A stretch of 64,000 nt of DNA. Origin: Zygnema circumcarinatum SAG 698-1b (taxonomy: Eukaryota > Plantae > Zygnematophyceae). Location: NCBI GenBank assembly GCA_037447605.1, contig CM074810.1, forward strand, positions 2,080,880-2,144,879, in the 5' to 3' direction. A model generated the notes under the pieces. The model searched no databases, was not told where the DNA came from, and saw nothing but the letters and a program-made list of their open reading frames with translations. This document shows, piece after piece, positions 24,709 to 37,600 of this stretch (positions are counted from its first letter, which is position 1; each line of letters opens with the position of its first letter). Position numbers and translations under genes: made by a program.

Positions 24709-24785
24709 TATCGAGATATCCCTAAATATATCGGGATATTCCAGTGCTGTATCGGGGTATTTCTCCACGTATCGGGGTATTCCCG
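24709..24785. repeat. Four phased copies of TATCGRGRTATYYC at a period of about 20 bp
   Basis: Copies start at 24709, 24729, 24750 and 24770. Confidence 0.75.
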
Positions 24786-25736
24786 CTCTGCCGCCCCGCG
24801 TCCACGTCTTCGAGAGTGCGCAAGCGCGCAGGGCAGTGCAACAAACCCGGCTTCAGGCGCACCCGTGTGCTTTGACCATCAAACAGCAGCTGCAGGGGAA
24901 TGGAAGCTGCAGCAGCAGATACACATATTAAGTTATTTACTCCATTTTCACCGTGACATTCCACCACTCACGCTTGTCGTCGAACACGCAGCCCAAAGGT
25001 TTAGGTTGTCACAAGCGCCGTTCAAGCCCTTTTATCACATGGACCTGCGGCCGTTGGACCGCAGTTTCCCAAGCCCCGGTCCAGTCCGTACCATGTTCAG
25101 TGCTTACGCTGTTTTAGAGTGGATCTATAAATACAGTACAGTACCAGTCTTTGGGTCATGAGGTCTGTGCCTTCTCCCCCACCCGGTCTTTGGATCTCAC
25201 TGTGAGAGTACGGAGGCCTTGTGAGCCCGCTGCCAGCCCCTGCTCGCGCGGTCAATGCCAGCGCTTTGCCAGCGAACGGGACCGGGAGCCGGGCCAGCCA
25301 GTGGCGTGGTACCACGTGGCAAGGGGGTCAGCCTCTGCCGGCAGCCAGAGAGGTTGGTCAACGTGATCGCCGGAGACCAGTAGAAGCTCTCGGTGACACG
25401 TGTGGAGAACCCTCATGAGAGTGAGGCCGTGGCTGTGCACACGGTGGGAACAGTGCCACTCGCGCACAAGTACTTTGGCGCCTAAAGGATGTGCAATGTG
25501 TGTGTGAGAGGGTGTGTGCAATGTTGCACAATAAGACTGGCACCGCAAAACTGAACAGGTTGAGAAATTGAGAAACGAGTTTACTTAATTTCTTAATTCT
25601 CAATCTTGTTGAGTAGGGTTGAACTTTAAACACCCGAGGTCGAAATATTTTCAATTTAATTTTAAATTAAAAAAAAGTTCAAAGACTCAATACGGTCCAC
25701 GTAGGACGCCGTTTTGCAGGGCGTTTTGGACTCAAT

Positions 25737-26030
25737 AGGGCGTGTCAGACTTAACAAAATGTTACGAATATCGAGTTTTTAGTATTACGAGAATCGAGGT
25801 TACTAAGTACTAAAAATCATCGCGCCCCCGAACCTAAACCGAACCGAACGGAAGTCAACTGTGCTAAGTCAACGGGTCAACGTTGCGAAGATTGACCCGT
25901 GGGGTTTACTGAAATTGCATTTCTTCGCACGATTTTGTTCGCACCCAAAAGAGGCGCCGAAATGGACATGCGAAGAAAATACTGGCGAAAATCGCGTCAA
26001 CGTGACGTCATGGTTGTTTTCCCGGCTTCC

Positions 26031-26062
<32 letters not shown>

Positions 26063-26327
26063 CGTGACGCGCAACACGACACAACGACAAGCGGTCTCCG
26101 CGCGCCGCGCCGGCGCTGTTTCTAAGTCTGAGGGCCCCGCGCGAGGGCGAAGTTGCGAAGACGGCGTTTGGAGAAGTGCGAAGACGGCGATCGCGGAGTG
26201 CGAACAGGACCGCGCCGCGAGTGCGAAAAACTACGCTCGAGAATTTTAGTTTTACTGACGTTGACTCGAAATGTTACGAATATCGAGTTTTTAGTATTAC
26301 GAGAATTTTTGAAGTCTGACACGCCCT
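25737..26327. mobile_element. MITE, PIF/Harbinger (Tourist)-like, 591 bp
   Basis: Perfect 16-bp TIR AGGGCGTGTCAGACTT / AAGTCTGACACGCCCT, flanked by a 3-bp AAT duplication (25734-25736, 26328-26330). A ~37-bp subterminal direct repeat AATGTTACGAATATCGAGTTTTTAGTATTACGAGAAT lies near both ends. The homologous empty site is at about 40318. Confidence 0.8.
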
Positions 26328-26330
26328 AAT

Positions 26331-26425
26331 ATATTCGGTCGCACTTGTGGATTCCAATTTTTGCCCACGTTGGTCCGTGCGATCCGAGGGATCCGGTCAA
26401 CCCGGGCCCCATTTTTGCCGTACGA
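26331..26425 (+). repeat. Dispersed ~95-bp repeat, copy 1 (host of the MITE)
   Basis: Aligns at roughly 80% by eye with 40325-40410 (TTCGGTCGCAC...GGATTCCAATTTT...CCGTGCGATYCGAGGGATCCGGTYAACCCGGG...CCATTTTTGCYGTACG). Confidence 0.8.
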
Positions 26426-26520
26426 CAAATAGACCATGCGCTAAAAACCCTTCCGCTTCCCCTTCTTGCCAGTCTGCATGAAACAGTAAAAACACAGACA
26501 CAACCAGTGTGCGCCCAGCT

Positions 26521-26600
26521 CCTCGTGGTTCCCCATGATGCTGATTTTGTCCATGTACATTTGATGGCATCATCGCCAGCGTGAGATCGATGCCATTTTC
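26521..26600 (+). repeat. Dispersed ~80-bp repeat with a conserved hairpin; second copy at about 63020-63090
   Basis: CCTCGTGGTTCCCCRTGAT...TTTTGTCCATGTACATWTGATGGCATC...CGTGAGATCRATGCCA is present at both loci. Confidence 0.75.
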
Positions 26601-27585
26601 TCCATTTTCAAATAGTCGCATTTGCAAGAATGAGTGTTTTACATGTATGGTCGACGTGCTTCAGAATACAAAGCTGGACGGGCGCAGCAGCAGCAACAGC
26701 CATAGCCTCCTATAGCAGCCCAAGGACGGCGTGGGCGGATGAACAAGCGCGCAAGGTCTGCCAGCCGGCCAGCATCCACGCTTCAGTCTGCTCTGTCCAC
26801 GCACACTCCCGTAGTTTGGTTTGAACGAGTCTGCTGAAATGAAACAATCCTTTGAAATATGCCGTTGCTGATGCGCCGTGAGACTGCCTTTTTTTTTTGT
26901 TTTTGTTTTTAACTGTTGAAATTGGTCACCCACGGCAGACAAAGGTTAGTCAAGGTTACAAATTACACCTTTCCACGCATTTCACACCTTTTTTCTCAAT
27001 TCGTACTGTTTTGGCTGCAGATATCAGTACCGTCAAATCACTAATTTCGGCATCAGATTCACAGAAGCTTTTTGTTTTCCGTTATGGAAGACTTTCTAAG
27101 GTTGACACCTCCTACCCTGATGCGCCTTCTCACCAGTCGAGAAAAGCGTGCCTCCATCGCTGCTCTATCGTACTCAATAGCCTGTCTGTCGGCTCAATAG
27201 CCGATGTAGCGGAGATCAGCATTTTATAGCGATACATAAGCACGACAGCTGTCAACATCGGGCAAGGTGGGCAAATTAGACGTGGTGTATAGCTACTAGC
27301 GGAGGGCTCAGGCAAAACGTCGACATCATATATGGCTTCAAGCAACCGGAATAGGTTGTACAAATTCCTAGTACAGCCAAGGGAGAGACGCCACCGATAA
27401 AATATGCTGATCGTATTGTTTTGTCACGAGAGATCCCGCAGTTTCAGTTAGGCTATGTGGAATCAATTTCCTATCGCAAAGACCAAAAAAGAGCTCCGTT
27501 CGTTAGAGGCCATCGTCGGCTCCTGACTGCACCACCCTGCAGCTGCACAGCCCAAGCATTCTCCCAAGAGCCGGAGCCTCTTTAT

Positions 27586-30500
27586 TCAGACGCTTTGGAA
27601 AGTCCATCCAACAAAGTTCTCCACATCTTTTTTCCCGTCCAACCCCGCCCGCTCACTGCTGAACAAGCACGAGGGCGTCTGCTGATAAAATGCGAGCGGC
27701 ACTTGCTTCACACGACGACTCATCTGCGCCAAAACCGAACCGAAAAAAGAAATGAACGACTGTCACTACAAACTCCAACCTGGGGGATTTGGGATTCGTC
27801 CTAAAGACAGTCGGAGGACCCCAAACCAGGTTCCCCGATACGTCATGATGGGAAACCCACTCGAGCCTTTCCCTACGTTGCTTCAAGTGTTCTGTACTAT
27901 ACACCTTTGAGGTTCAATACAGTGTTTAATACTGGATTTAATACAGTAGTATACACTGTATAATACTCAGGTGCTAGTCTCAATCTCTGCCTAACTAGCA
28001 AGAAAACGAAGAAAAGACGTTAAATACATATAAAGTACACTGTATTTTAAAATGTGGTATAATACGCACGTATCATACAGTGTCTTATACAGGCGTTTGA
28101 TACATACGGATCACTAGTCGCTTCACAGTCAGAGGAGTTGGAAAACTTGGCCATCTGCAGTTTCGCCAAGAGCAAAAAAAAATAAAAAGTAACAAAAAAT
28201 GCTGGAACGCACCTCCTCCGATAAAATAGTACCGTAGGAGCCGCCGCTGAAGTCTGACATGGTGACTTCTGATGTTTTAGCACGTTGTGTCAAGTCAGCT
28301 TCCAATGACCCGACGAATCTGCACGCCATGTTGGTCCCTTAGTTCATTTAGGCTTGTGAAAATTTCCCCCCCTGAGTTTCCCACATACGACTCCCCTCGA
28401 CAGCATCCCATCCCAGGGCGAGGCAGAAGGAGACCGGCCGCTCCCTCAGACCCTGCTTCTCCGTTCATCCGCTAAGGGAGAGGAGCAGGCAGCCCAAGTC
28501 CCTGCCGGCAGGTTTTGAGAGAGAGAGTTTTGGTCTGCTGCCCACCTGCTGACGGCGGGGCAATAATGGCTGCGCAATGCCTCAATCTCCCATAAAGAGC
28601 TGCCTGCGGGGCCCCAGCGACCAGGACTGTGAGAGCCGGAAGGACAGGAAAAGCAACAGATTACGACCAATTCAGGAATTGTCATTTGAAAAATGGCGCC
28701 ATCTTATTGTTCATAGCTCCTACCTAATATGCCTAATTTTGCAGCCGCCGCTTATGACACAGAATTTGACTGCAGTGGAAGTCCAGGAGCGCTTACTGAG
28801 CGAGTTGCAGCGAGACGGGTCAGCCTCAAGGGGGTCGTACGGGTCCCGCCCCCCCTGCCCCTGCCCCTGCCCCTGCCCCTGCCCCTGCCCCTGCCCCTGC
28901 CCCTGCCCCTGCCCCTGCCCCTGGTCCTGGTCCTGGTCGCGGTGCAGCAGTGTGCACGCAGCGGGGTGGCGGCGCATTGCGTTGTGCAGCAGCGCGGTGG
29001 CCGCGAGCGCGCCCGCGGGCGGCGCCCCCAGCGCTGTGCGCGCAATGCGCTTCGCGAAGGCGGCCGCGAGATACGCAGGGAGGTGCGCCGAGTTCAGACA
29101 CGCGTCCAATAGCTGCACAGAAAAGAGGGGGGGGCATGCATGCATGCCTCAGCGCTGCCTCTGCCTCTGCCTCTCCAGGGCTTCGCTGAGGAAATGGAAG
29201 ATGGCATTCGACAACTTCCTGACCGTGGGCGGTAATCAAATGCCTAAAACTCATGATGAAATGTTTTCACAACATATCGACAGAATGCACATGGAAAATC
29301 GGCCTCCAGCAAATTCTACAGCCTGCTTGCAATCCCGTGAGCTTTTCCAGGTCTGGACAACAATCCTAAACCAAAACCACCATGCGACGGAGGATTGTGT
29401 TTCCTAACCTCAAAGAAACGGGCTCGATACTTCGCCGAGTAAAGGGACGAGTCGAGCATGGCATAGAGCTTCTTGTAAAAGTCGGGACACTCGAGGCCGT
29501 GCCGCGTCATGAGCACGAACAGTCCGCTCAGAGCCATGGCCGCCACCGCGCCCCCCACGTTGTACGAGTCCGTCAGAAAGTCACTGCGCGCGGCAAGGCA
29601 GCAGGAAGGGTTCGAGAAAGTGAGGATGGAAGGAGAAGGTCAGAAAACAATTAAAAACCATAAATCTAACAAAGCAGTAAATGGCTAAAATCCTATGAAT
29701 ACAGAAGACTTTCAATCAAAGTTCATCAAAAGGCTTATAAAACGGCTTCAAAAGGGCAGCGTGGCGATGGACGTAACATCTTGTTTTCCTCGAGTAGTGC
29801 GAGTGCGACAACTGAATGGTCAAGCACCAACTGCCCTTGATCGGCACTGCCAAGTCTCAGTAACGCCCTACGATTATCCTGAGAGAGTAACGAGGAGTTG
29901 AGCTATGTTTTGCAGCAGAAACTAGCCAGACATTTCAAGTGTTATGTCCATGTGTAGTGAACCCACCTAAGTAAGAGAGGACTGGGCATGTGAGGAATTA
30001 AGTCACGGTGCATCCCCACTAGGACCTGCACAAAGATTTTCCACTGTCATCATTCATGCGACCCCACTGGCATCCTCATAACACTTGTGCACTCCTGTGC
30101 ATTAAAACACTTCACTCTCAGGAAAGCAGTGACACAATAGAATAAATAGCAGCAATAACCGAGAGGCATTCGGAGGTAGAGCAGCAGGGAGCGACATACG
30201 GTTGGAGACGGCAACAAGACGACAAAAACAAAGACAGAACAGAAGCAATGTACACCACGCAGAAACGACAGTGCCGGCCATGCTGACCATCTTGTAAACG
30301 TCGATGGGCAACGGCATGCGCAGAAAAGCGAGCCAACACTGCTGCAGGGCCTGCCGCTGCTTCTTCAAACTCCACTTTGAAGGTGCGGATGAGCCTTCCG
30401 CCACCTTATCCGCCCGCTTCCTCTTCTTTGCTCTCCCCACCGCGGGTGCTTCCTCGCCGGACCCTTCCCCCTCTGCGCACCTCCGCACGGCCCGACCCCG

Positions 30501-33500
30501 AACCCTACCCGCTCGCCGTGAGAAGGCAGCCGGCCCAAAGCCAAGCTTTAGGGTTTAGGAGGGCTTTGGGCACTCAGAGGGAGCTCGTGTCTGTTTGCAA
30601 CAACTCCTCACCTTTCCAGTATAAAAAGCGCGCGTGAAAGCATTCAGAAGAAGAAATGCAAGAGGTATGCATTAGCACATAAACAGAAATCGTAAGCCTA
30701 CGCGGTCAAGCTACTAATCTGCAGAGTACTGAGGTTTCCAGTACAGCATAAAAAAGCCTAAAGATTCTGCACGTGCCAAATGATGAAAAGCTTCTAAAGA
30801 CCATATAACAAATATCTGAGCGCTACGATCCGAACTTTGATAAGGGATCGGAATCCACCATTGGAAAGACACCACACGCGCGGCCCGGCATCCTCCTTCC
30901 CCCCCCCCGCGACCTCCCCCGCGAGCCTGCGCGGCCCTGAACCCCCCTCCGGGCCGCCCTCCGCGGGAGAAAGAGGGGGCGGGGGGGGGACGGCGGCGAG
31001 CAGACGGTACACACGGCGCGCAAAGCCGTGTACGCTGCCCTCCCCCCCCCCGCAGCACGCGGCAAAAAAGGATTCACATTCTCCTTCTCCCTACACCTCA
31101 CTGCATTCCTCCACTTCCCTGTCCTTCCCTTTCCTCCTTCCAACCATAGCCCTGACCTCATCTCTCAAAGCCTCCTGCTGTCTCCCCCTCTCCTCTCTCT
31201 CCTTCAGGGTACTATCGTAAGACATACTACATGGCACCTGGCAGTACCTGGATGGCCGAGTGTGACGACTGCTGCCATCTCTCTGTTCGTCTTCATCGCT
31301 TGAGAGCTGCGTGACATCTGCAGCCCACGAGAGTGCGTTGAAGCTACAGCCATGAAACTCGGTCAGAGCGGAGTGCGGCCCTTGAGAGCATCATCGCCCA
31401 TACCTCCCTCCTCGCGCCGCCTCTCCACGAGCTGCTGCACGTTGGCGTAGGTGAAGCGCCTGAGGCAAGGAGAGGGGGCAAGGCGCGACTCAATCACAAG
31501 GCAGAGCGGCAACCAAAGAGATACCCACAATTTGGAAATGCGTTCAGTCCCATCATTGAACAAGGAGTACTTAGAAAGGTGAGTGCAGCATCGGCCAAAG
31601 CATGTGTTCGCCTTTCAGTTCCATTTACATTCCTAAAAGCTTTATGCTTTGGGCCTCGGAAGTTCTAGAGTTCTTAAAGGTTAAGCTACTTGTTGCTCTA
31701 TTGATGGACGCGCTACACATTGACAGTCCAGAATTCGGCACACATTGAACCATTCGTTATTTCCAGTGGTCGTCCAAGTGTGGAGTGACATAGAAATGGT
31801 CATTGCCTACTCCATGAATGGAACTGTCAACAAAGTCCTGACCAACAGCATTCTGTTTGTTCACGGATAAAATACAACAAGCGGCACATCATCGGAAGTC
31901 CACAAAGCTCAGAAATGATCGCATACAAAGTTGAAGCAGAAACTGGGGAACTTGTGGGAAACGAGCTATCGAGCTATTTTGAGGTGCGGAACAAGTGGTG
32001 AACCTGTTCTTCCTCAATCGCTCGATAAATTGCTCTAGACTTTTTCATGATTTTGGATTGTTTGAGAAGGGCAAATGCATAGGCAGAGGCAGCACCTCAC
32101 ATCCCAGCAGACAAAATAATCTTCCACAAGTTTTGAGAGCACCGCGTCGCTGACATGTCGTGACATGACCTGAAACCAATGAAACCAACAAAGAGACGAG
32201 AGAAATAACTAAAGAAATTATTGGGAAACGCCAATTAATTTTTTTTCATGCGTCTTCTAGGTAATCGGCAAGGAAAGCTCATAGAAACTCCAAGGCCTAG
32301 CGTCACAAAAACAGGAATCTGACATTTCACAATTATAGCTCCTTATCATGCAATGGAAAGAAGGATATTACGCATCTCTAACAGTAAGGCAAAGCCACAG
32401 ATTACATCATTTATATTCTAGCCGTACCTCGAGACCAGAACGATTTCTTCCTTTCCAAGCATAAGAGGAGCAAGAGCACTCACGAGTTTTGAGCAGAGTT
32501 GAAGGAAGATGCGATTATTGAATTCCCCGGGCACCTCGCACCGCACCAAGTCCATGACGGAGTCCAAAGCAAGCCTCTGCAAACACATGCAAACGAAAGC
32601 TGCCGTGTCAGATGAAGCCAAGTAGTCGACGGCAGATTTGATTCTCCTAATGGAGAGAGTATTGCGAAAGCCCCAGTCCCATGGGCAGCAAAACCTCCGT
32701 AACATACGACGAAATGCAGTTATTGCAGAACCAATTGCGATATGCTTTGAGATTTCTCTTGCCATAGTCAGCATCTTCAACCACATTGACAAGAGGCCAA
32801 CCTGTTTTGACGATGAATGCCTACTTTAAGCCGCAATAATCCTGTCAGCATTGAGAGCATTAAATCATTTAAGTGCGCATCACGGTGGCTGGATTTCCAC
32901 TAATAGGAGCGTGGCTTGCTTCCGGAAACATCAGTACTGAAAATCTTCGAGATCCATGAATGAATGAACGGTCTATAAGGTCCAAGATTCAAAGAATTTT
33001 CTAAAACTTGTCTTTTCTCTCCTTCCTTACTTGCAAAGCAGGGGAGGCATCCTCCCCTACAATGAGCCCGTAAAGAGTATGCAGATAGTCCCGATATCTT
33101 GCTCGCAACCATACTTGATACACTACTGCAGCGTCTTTAGAAGTTTCTTTTTTGGGAGTGCCTTCATTCTCTCCTTCATTTGCTCCACTTTCTGCAAATT
33201 CAAAAACAGTTTAGAGTAGATCGAATTCCTTAAACAGATCGATATCGATGCAGCGAGAAGGCGACACAACTAGAAATGCGCGAAAGGAAGGTTTTGAAAG
33301 AGTATTACAACAACTTTATTCGACTCAAAACAGAGTTAGTAATTGTTTGGGGGGTGCGATGCATGTTGAAGTGCATGCAAATCAGAACAAAGATGGCATT
33401 GGCTAGAAGCACATGAGGCGGGTCTAAAAATCATCAGGTGCTCCCAAACCATCTGTGCCGAATAAAACTGCATCAAATCATCGCCCTTTAGAGAAGTGCC

Positions 33501-34486
33501 TGACAGCCGTCCAGTAGCAGGACTCACTGAGGGCGAACGTCATCGACTCATGACCGATGACAATTTTTCATGAACCCCCGCGACCTTCCATGGACTTAAA
33601 TGACCATAGTAGCATATGTTCTATGGAAACGAGTCATCATTGTGATTGTAATTTGTGCCGCTTCTGTATTATATACATCGCACTTTAATAGACTTCAATT
33701 ATTCAAGGTTTTGATTATCTTGTTTATCGCTTTGCAAGTGCTCTCGGTCGATTGTTTTAGCTTATTCTTTCTTTTCTTCAATTCTTTTCGTTTTGGACAT
33801 TTTGTCCGTAAATTTTTCTTCAATTTTCCTGGTTTGAACCTAAATCCAGTTCCGGTTTGCAAACTGGTCCTGGTTTGTGCAGCAATAAGTATGGTTATGA
33901 CCACCCAAACCCCGTCCGCCTCAGACTCGCCACTCCGAATAAGACTTTACGTACCTAAAGGAGGCTCGGAAGACCTTCAAACCCTAAAAACATCCCTTCA
34001 GACTCTAAGAGCCTAAAAACCGTGACCTATCAATCTTTAAGACCTCGAAACTCTTCATTGGCCAAACAAGCCCTTCCGGCCTGGGAAGCCCAGCTTGAGG
34101 TGTTCCTGGCCTCGGACTCGAACACAAGAACAGGAGCCCAGAAGTTTTTGCAAGAGCAGGTGAGGCTAAACCACCAGATTCGGCTATACACTAGAGCAGA
34201 ATCACGATTGTGAGTTGGAGCATGCGGGGTTGGGCGCACCTGCTGGGATGCGAAGCGGCGGCGAGAGTTCCCCGGTGCGGAGCAGCGAGCGGAAGAAGGC
34301 CTGCAGCGCGCACAGGGCCTCTCTCCGCTCCGCCTCCGCCCCATGCTCCTGCCCCTGCCCCCGCCCCTGCCCCTGCCCCTGCTCCCGCCCCGGCGCGCGC
34401 AGAATGTCGAGCAGCGCCGCCGCACTGTTGGCGTTGGCGCGCGTCCGCAGCAGCTCCTTGCCCTCCCGCGCCGCCGCTCCCGCCAT
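27586..34486 (-). CDS. NOC4: Nucleolar complex protein 4 homolog (CBF/Mak21 domain; 40S biogenesis)
   Basis: About 13 GT-AG exons from 34486-34240 to 27723-27586. Diagnostic segments: ALQAFFRSLL, VYQVWLRARY, CWLAFLRMPLPIDVYKVLVGMHRDLIPHMPSPLLLSDFLTDSYNVGGAVAAMALSGLF, CPDFYKKLYAML, KYRARFFELLDACLNSAHLPAYLAAAFAKR, SSLWEIEALRSHYCPAVSR, RRVKQVPLAFY...GWTF. Confidence 0.95.
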
Positions 34487-34639
34487 GGCTATGGCCGTCG
34501 CCGCCCGCCCCGCCCCGCGCTCCCCCTTCCCTGCGCTCGCCCGCGCCGTCCGTACAGTCCGTACCGACGCGGCCCTCCCTCCCTGCCTGCCTCCTTCCCT
34601 GGCTGCCTTCTGCCTGCGCCCCTCGCTCTGCGCTACGCC

Positions 34640-37600
34640 ATGGCGGCCTACCGCGCGGCGTGCACGGGACGAGCCCTGGCGCTCGCCCGCCTCGCGCGGA
34701 CAGACGCCGCCGCGGGAGGCCTGCCACCTGTGTCCGCGCTAGACCGCAACATCGCTCTTTCTTCCTCAGCCAAGCGGACGTCGTCCCCTTCAAGGACGTG
34801 CTTTTTGAGTGGACGTCAAATTAGTGGAGAACCGTCAAAAAATATTTCAAACAGGAAGGGCTACTGTGGCGTCATGCCTGCAAGAGCATCCACTGCAGCT
34901 TCAGCTGACGGAGATGATGAAAATGGCACTGGGCATAGTGTGCGGGCCAAGCCGAAGCATAATGGAAGTAAGGAAGTAACAAAAGACGAGAGGCTTTGGA
35001 AAATAAGGGAGGAGATGGAAAGGGCGAATGGAGGCAAGGGCGTCGATGCATACATTGTCCCGTCGGAGGATCCGCACCAGGTATTGCAGAACCCGTCCTT
35101 TCCCTTACCTTGCTTCAACACACTTTACGAACGTTGTTCCATGTCGGCTTTCATGTCCGCCATATTATTGCGACCTACGGAGCCAAAAGCCTGTAGGAGA
35201 CGCCGGATTCCGGTTTGTTTTTGCTAATTTATTTCAGTGAAGCTCACAGAGGCTTTGTGCGCTGAGATACATAGACAATCGTACAAGCAGGGAAAAACGA
35301 CGGAGGATTTTTGTGGAAAGTGGTGGATTTTCATGAGGGAATTCAAATCACTGACCCAATTGAAAACTTATGTAGAACTTTGTAAGGAACAGATTCCCGG
35401 GTTTTTTTTTTCCTTTGCAGAGTAATGTGAATGAGAATGGGCTCAACCTGGTCTTTTGTTCCGTTAGTTGCCACTATTTATTCCTTGATCAATAAGGTTA
35501 CACGTTCCCTTGAGTTGATTATTTTTTCATCTAAATTCACCTTTAACATTGGTGATGGCACTTGCAGAGCGAGTGGAGTTCAGAATGCTTCGCGCGGCGA
35601 GCTTTCGTCTCACGCTTTACTGGCTCAGCTGGCACAGCTGTCATCACCAAAGAACATGCGGCTTTATGGACAGACGGTCGCTATTTTCTGCAGGTTGCCC
35701 GCTGCTTTTAATTTTATCCCCTGTCCCTATTTCTCGTGTTGAAAGCTATTCTATGAATTTGCGGTCCTGAGGCGCTCTTCAAGTGGGTATTTTCCGCAGG
35801 CATCGCAACAGCTGGGGCCCGAGTGGCAGTTGATGCGGTCAGGGCAGCCTGGAGTGCCAGAGATTGACGTTTGGCTAAGGGACGTTTTGCCCCAAAGTTC
35901 TCGAGTTGGAATCGATCCGGTATTTGCTTATTCCCACTGCTGTCTCCCATAATGCCTACGCCTATGCCCAAAATAGAATTATTAGATTTTCCCATGTTTT
36001 TTTCAAGGAAATGCTGAAAAGAATTGGACCTGCCAACTTTACATGTATTTTCACTCTTAACGCTGCTTTTGCAGTTTCTTCATTCTGCAAATTCAGCCCG
36101 TGACTTGGCGGCAACTTTATCTCAAAGATCTTCAACCTTGGTTCCCATCTATGAGCACAATCTTGTAGATTTAATATGGGGAATTGATCAACCGCCGTTG
36201 CCATCAGCGCCTCTTCGCGTGCATGAGCTCAAGTATGCAGGAAGGGAGGTTTCTGAAAAGCTTTCTGAGCTTCGGAAAGAGCTGGTCGAAGCAGGAGCAA
36301 CTGCAATAGTGGTGCCATTATTGGACGAAGTTGCATGGCTATTCAACTTGGTAAGGTTCGGTCAGAGTCTAGAAAGTGGTTTAGACCAGATCCTTTTCAA
36401 CTCAGGTGCATAGTGGAGGCCCATGCAAGGAAATGGCGTAATATCAAATTCAGTAATGGGAATTGGACTTGACTTTCTCCAGCGCGTGAGTTTGCTTGCT
36501 TTTCTTCTGAACTTTATTCTCCTTTGGAGAGGCTATCGACCGGCTATAGGGTTACCCTGAAGGAGAAACGGGGTCGTAGGATATCAGGTGGGACATTGGT
36601 TTTCACAACTCATCACCGCTTGTCGCAGAGAGGTGGCGACATTCCGCACTGCCCGGTCACTATTGCGTACGCCGTAGTTCATCTCGACGCTGCTTTTCTC
36701 TTTGTGGATGAGGCCAAAGTGACCTCAGAAGTTGCAGCTCACTTGGAGGGAGCAGGAGTTTCAGTGAAGCAATACAATTGCCTTATTCCTGAACTAGAGC
36801 AGTGAGTCAAGTCCGAAAACCCACATAGCTCCTTTTCCCTAATCAAGGCTTTTGATGGTATCTCAAGTACTAATTTGTTCCTGCTATCCCGTTGTGATGC
36901 ATAGGGCCGCTGCAAGTGGAGCAAAGCTGTGGGTGGACCCTTCCCGAGTCAGCACAGCTCTGGTAACCGCGTTTGACCGAGCGTGTGGTGTATACTATGA
37001 ACGGACAAGCGGGACAGCCACTGAGCATGGGACGGAGAATGAATCGGTCGAGGCTTCAGAAAAGAGCAGGAACGGACCGCTCTCCATTCTCCGGCCATCT
37101 CCCATAGCAATGGCGAAGTCGAGAAAGAATGGTGCGGAGCTGGAGGGCATGCGGCAGGCGCACATAAGGTGATTTTCTCGTTGGTGTAAAGATAGGTATT
37201 TGTAACCAATTACTTGGCAGCGTCTTCAGTATTCTGTATTTTTAGCTGAGACTGCGGTGTGGACAGGGATGGCGCAGCATTGGCTCGGTTTTGGGCATGG
37301 CTGGAGAGCCACGTGGCAGCAGGGCAGGCAGTTACTGAGGTGAAGGTTTCAGATTGTCTTGAAGAGTTCAGACGGCATGAGGAGGGCTTCTTGGACACCA
37401 GCTTCGATACGATTGCAGGTAAATCTGCTCATGTGTTGAGCGCGAGTAGTGGCACTCGTGTAGCGGTTATTGGTAGACCTGAGCAGAAACATCGGGAATA
37501 GTATTCTTTTGAGCTCACTAGTTTTGCTGTCCAGCTTACTGATTTTGTCCTTATCTTGCCCCGAGATGGTGTCCTTTGTTGGTGAAACCTCCAACAGTTT

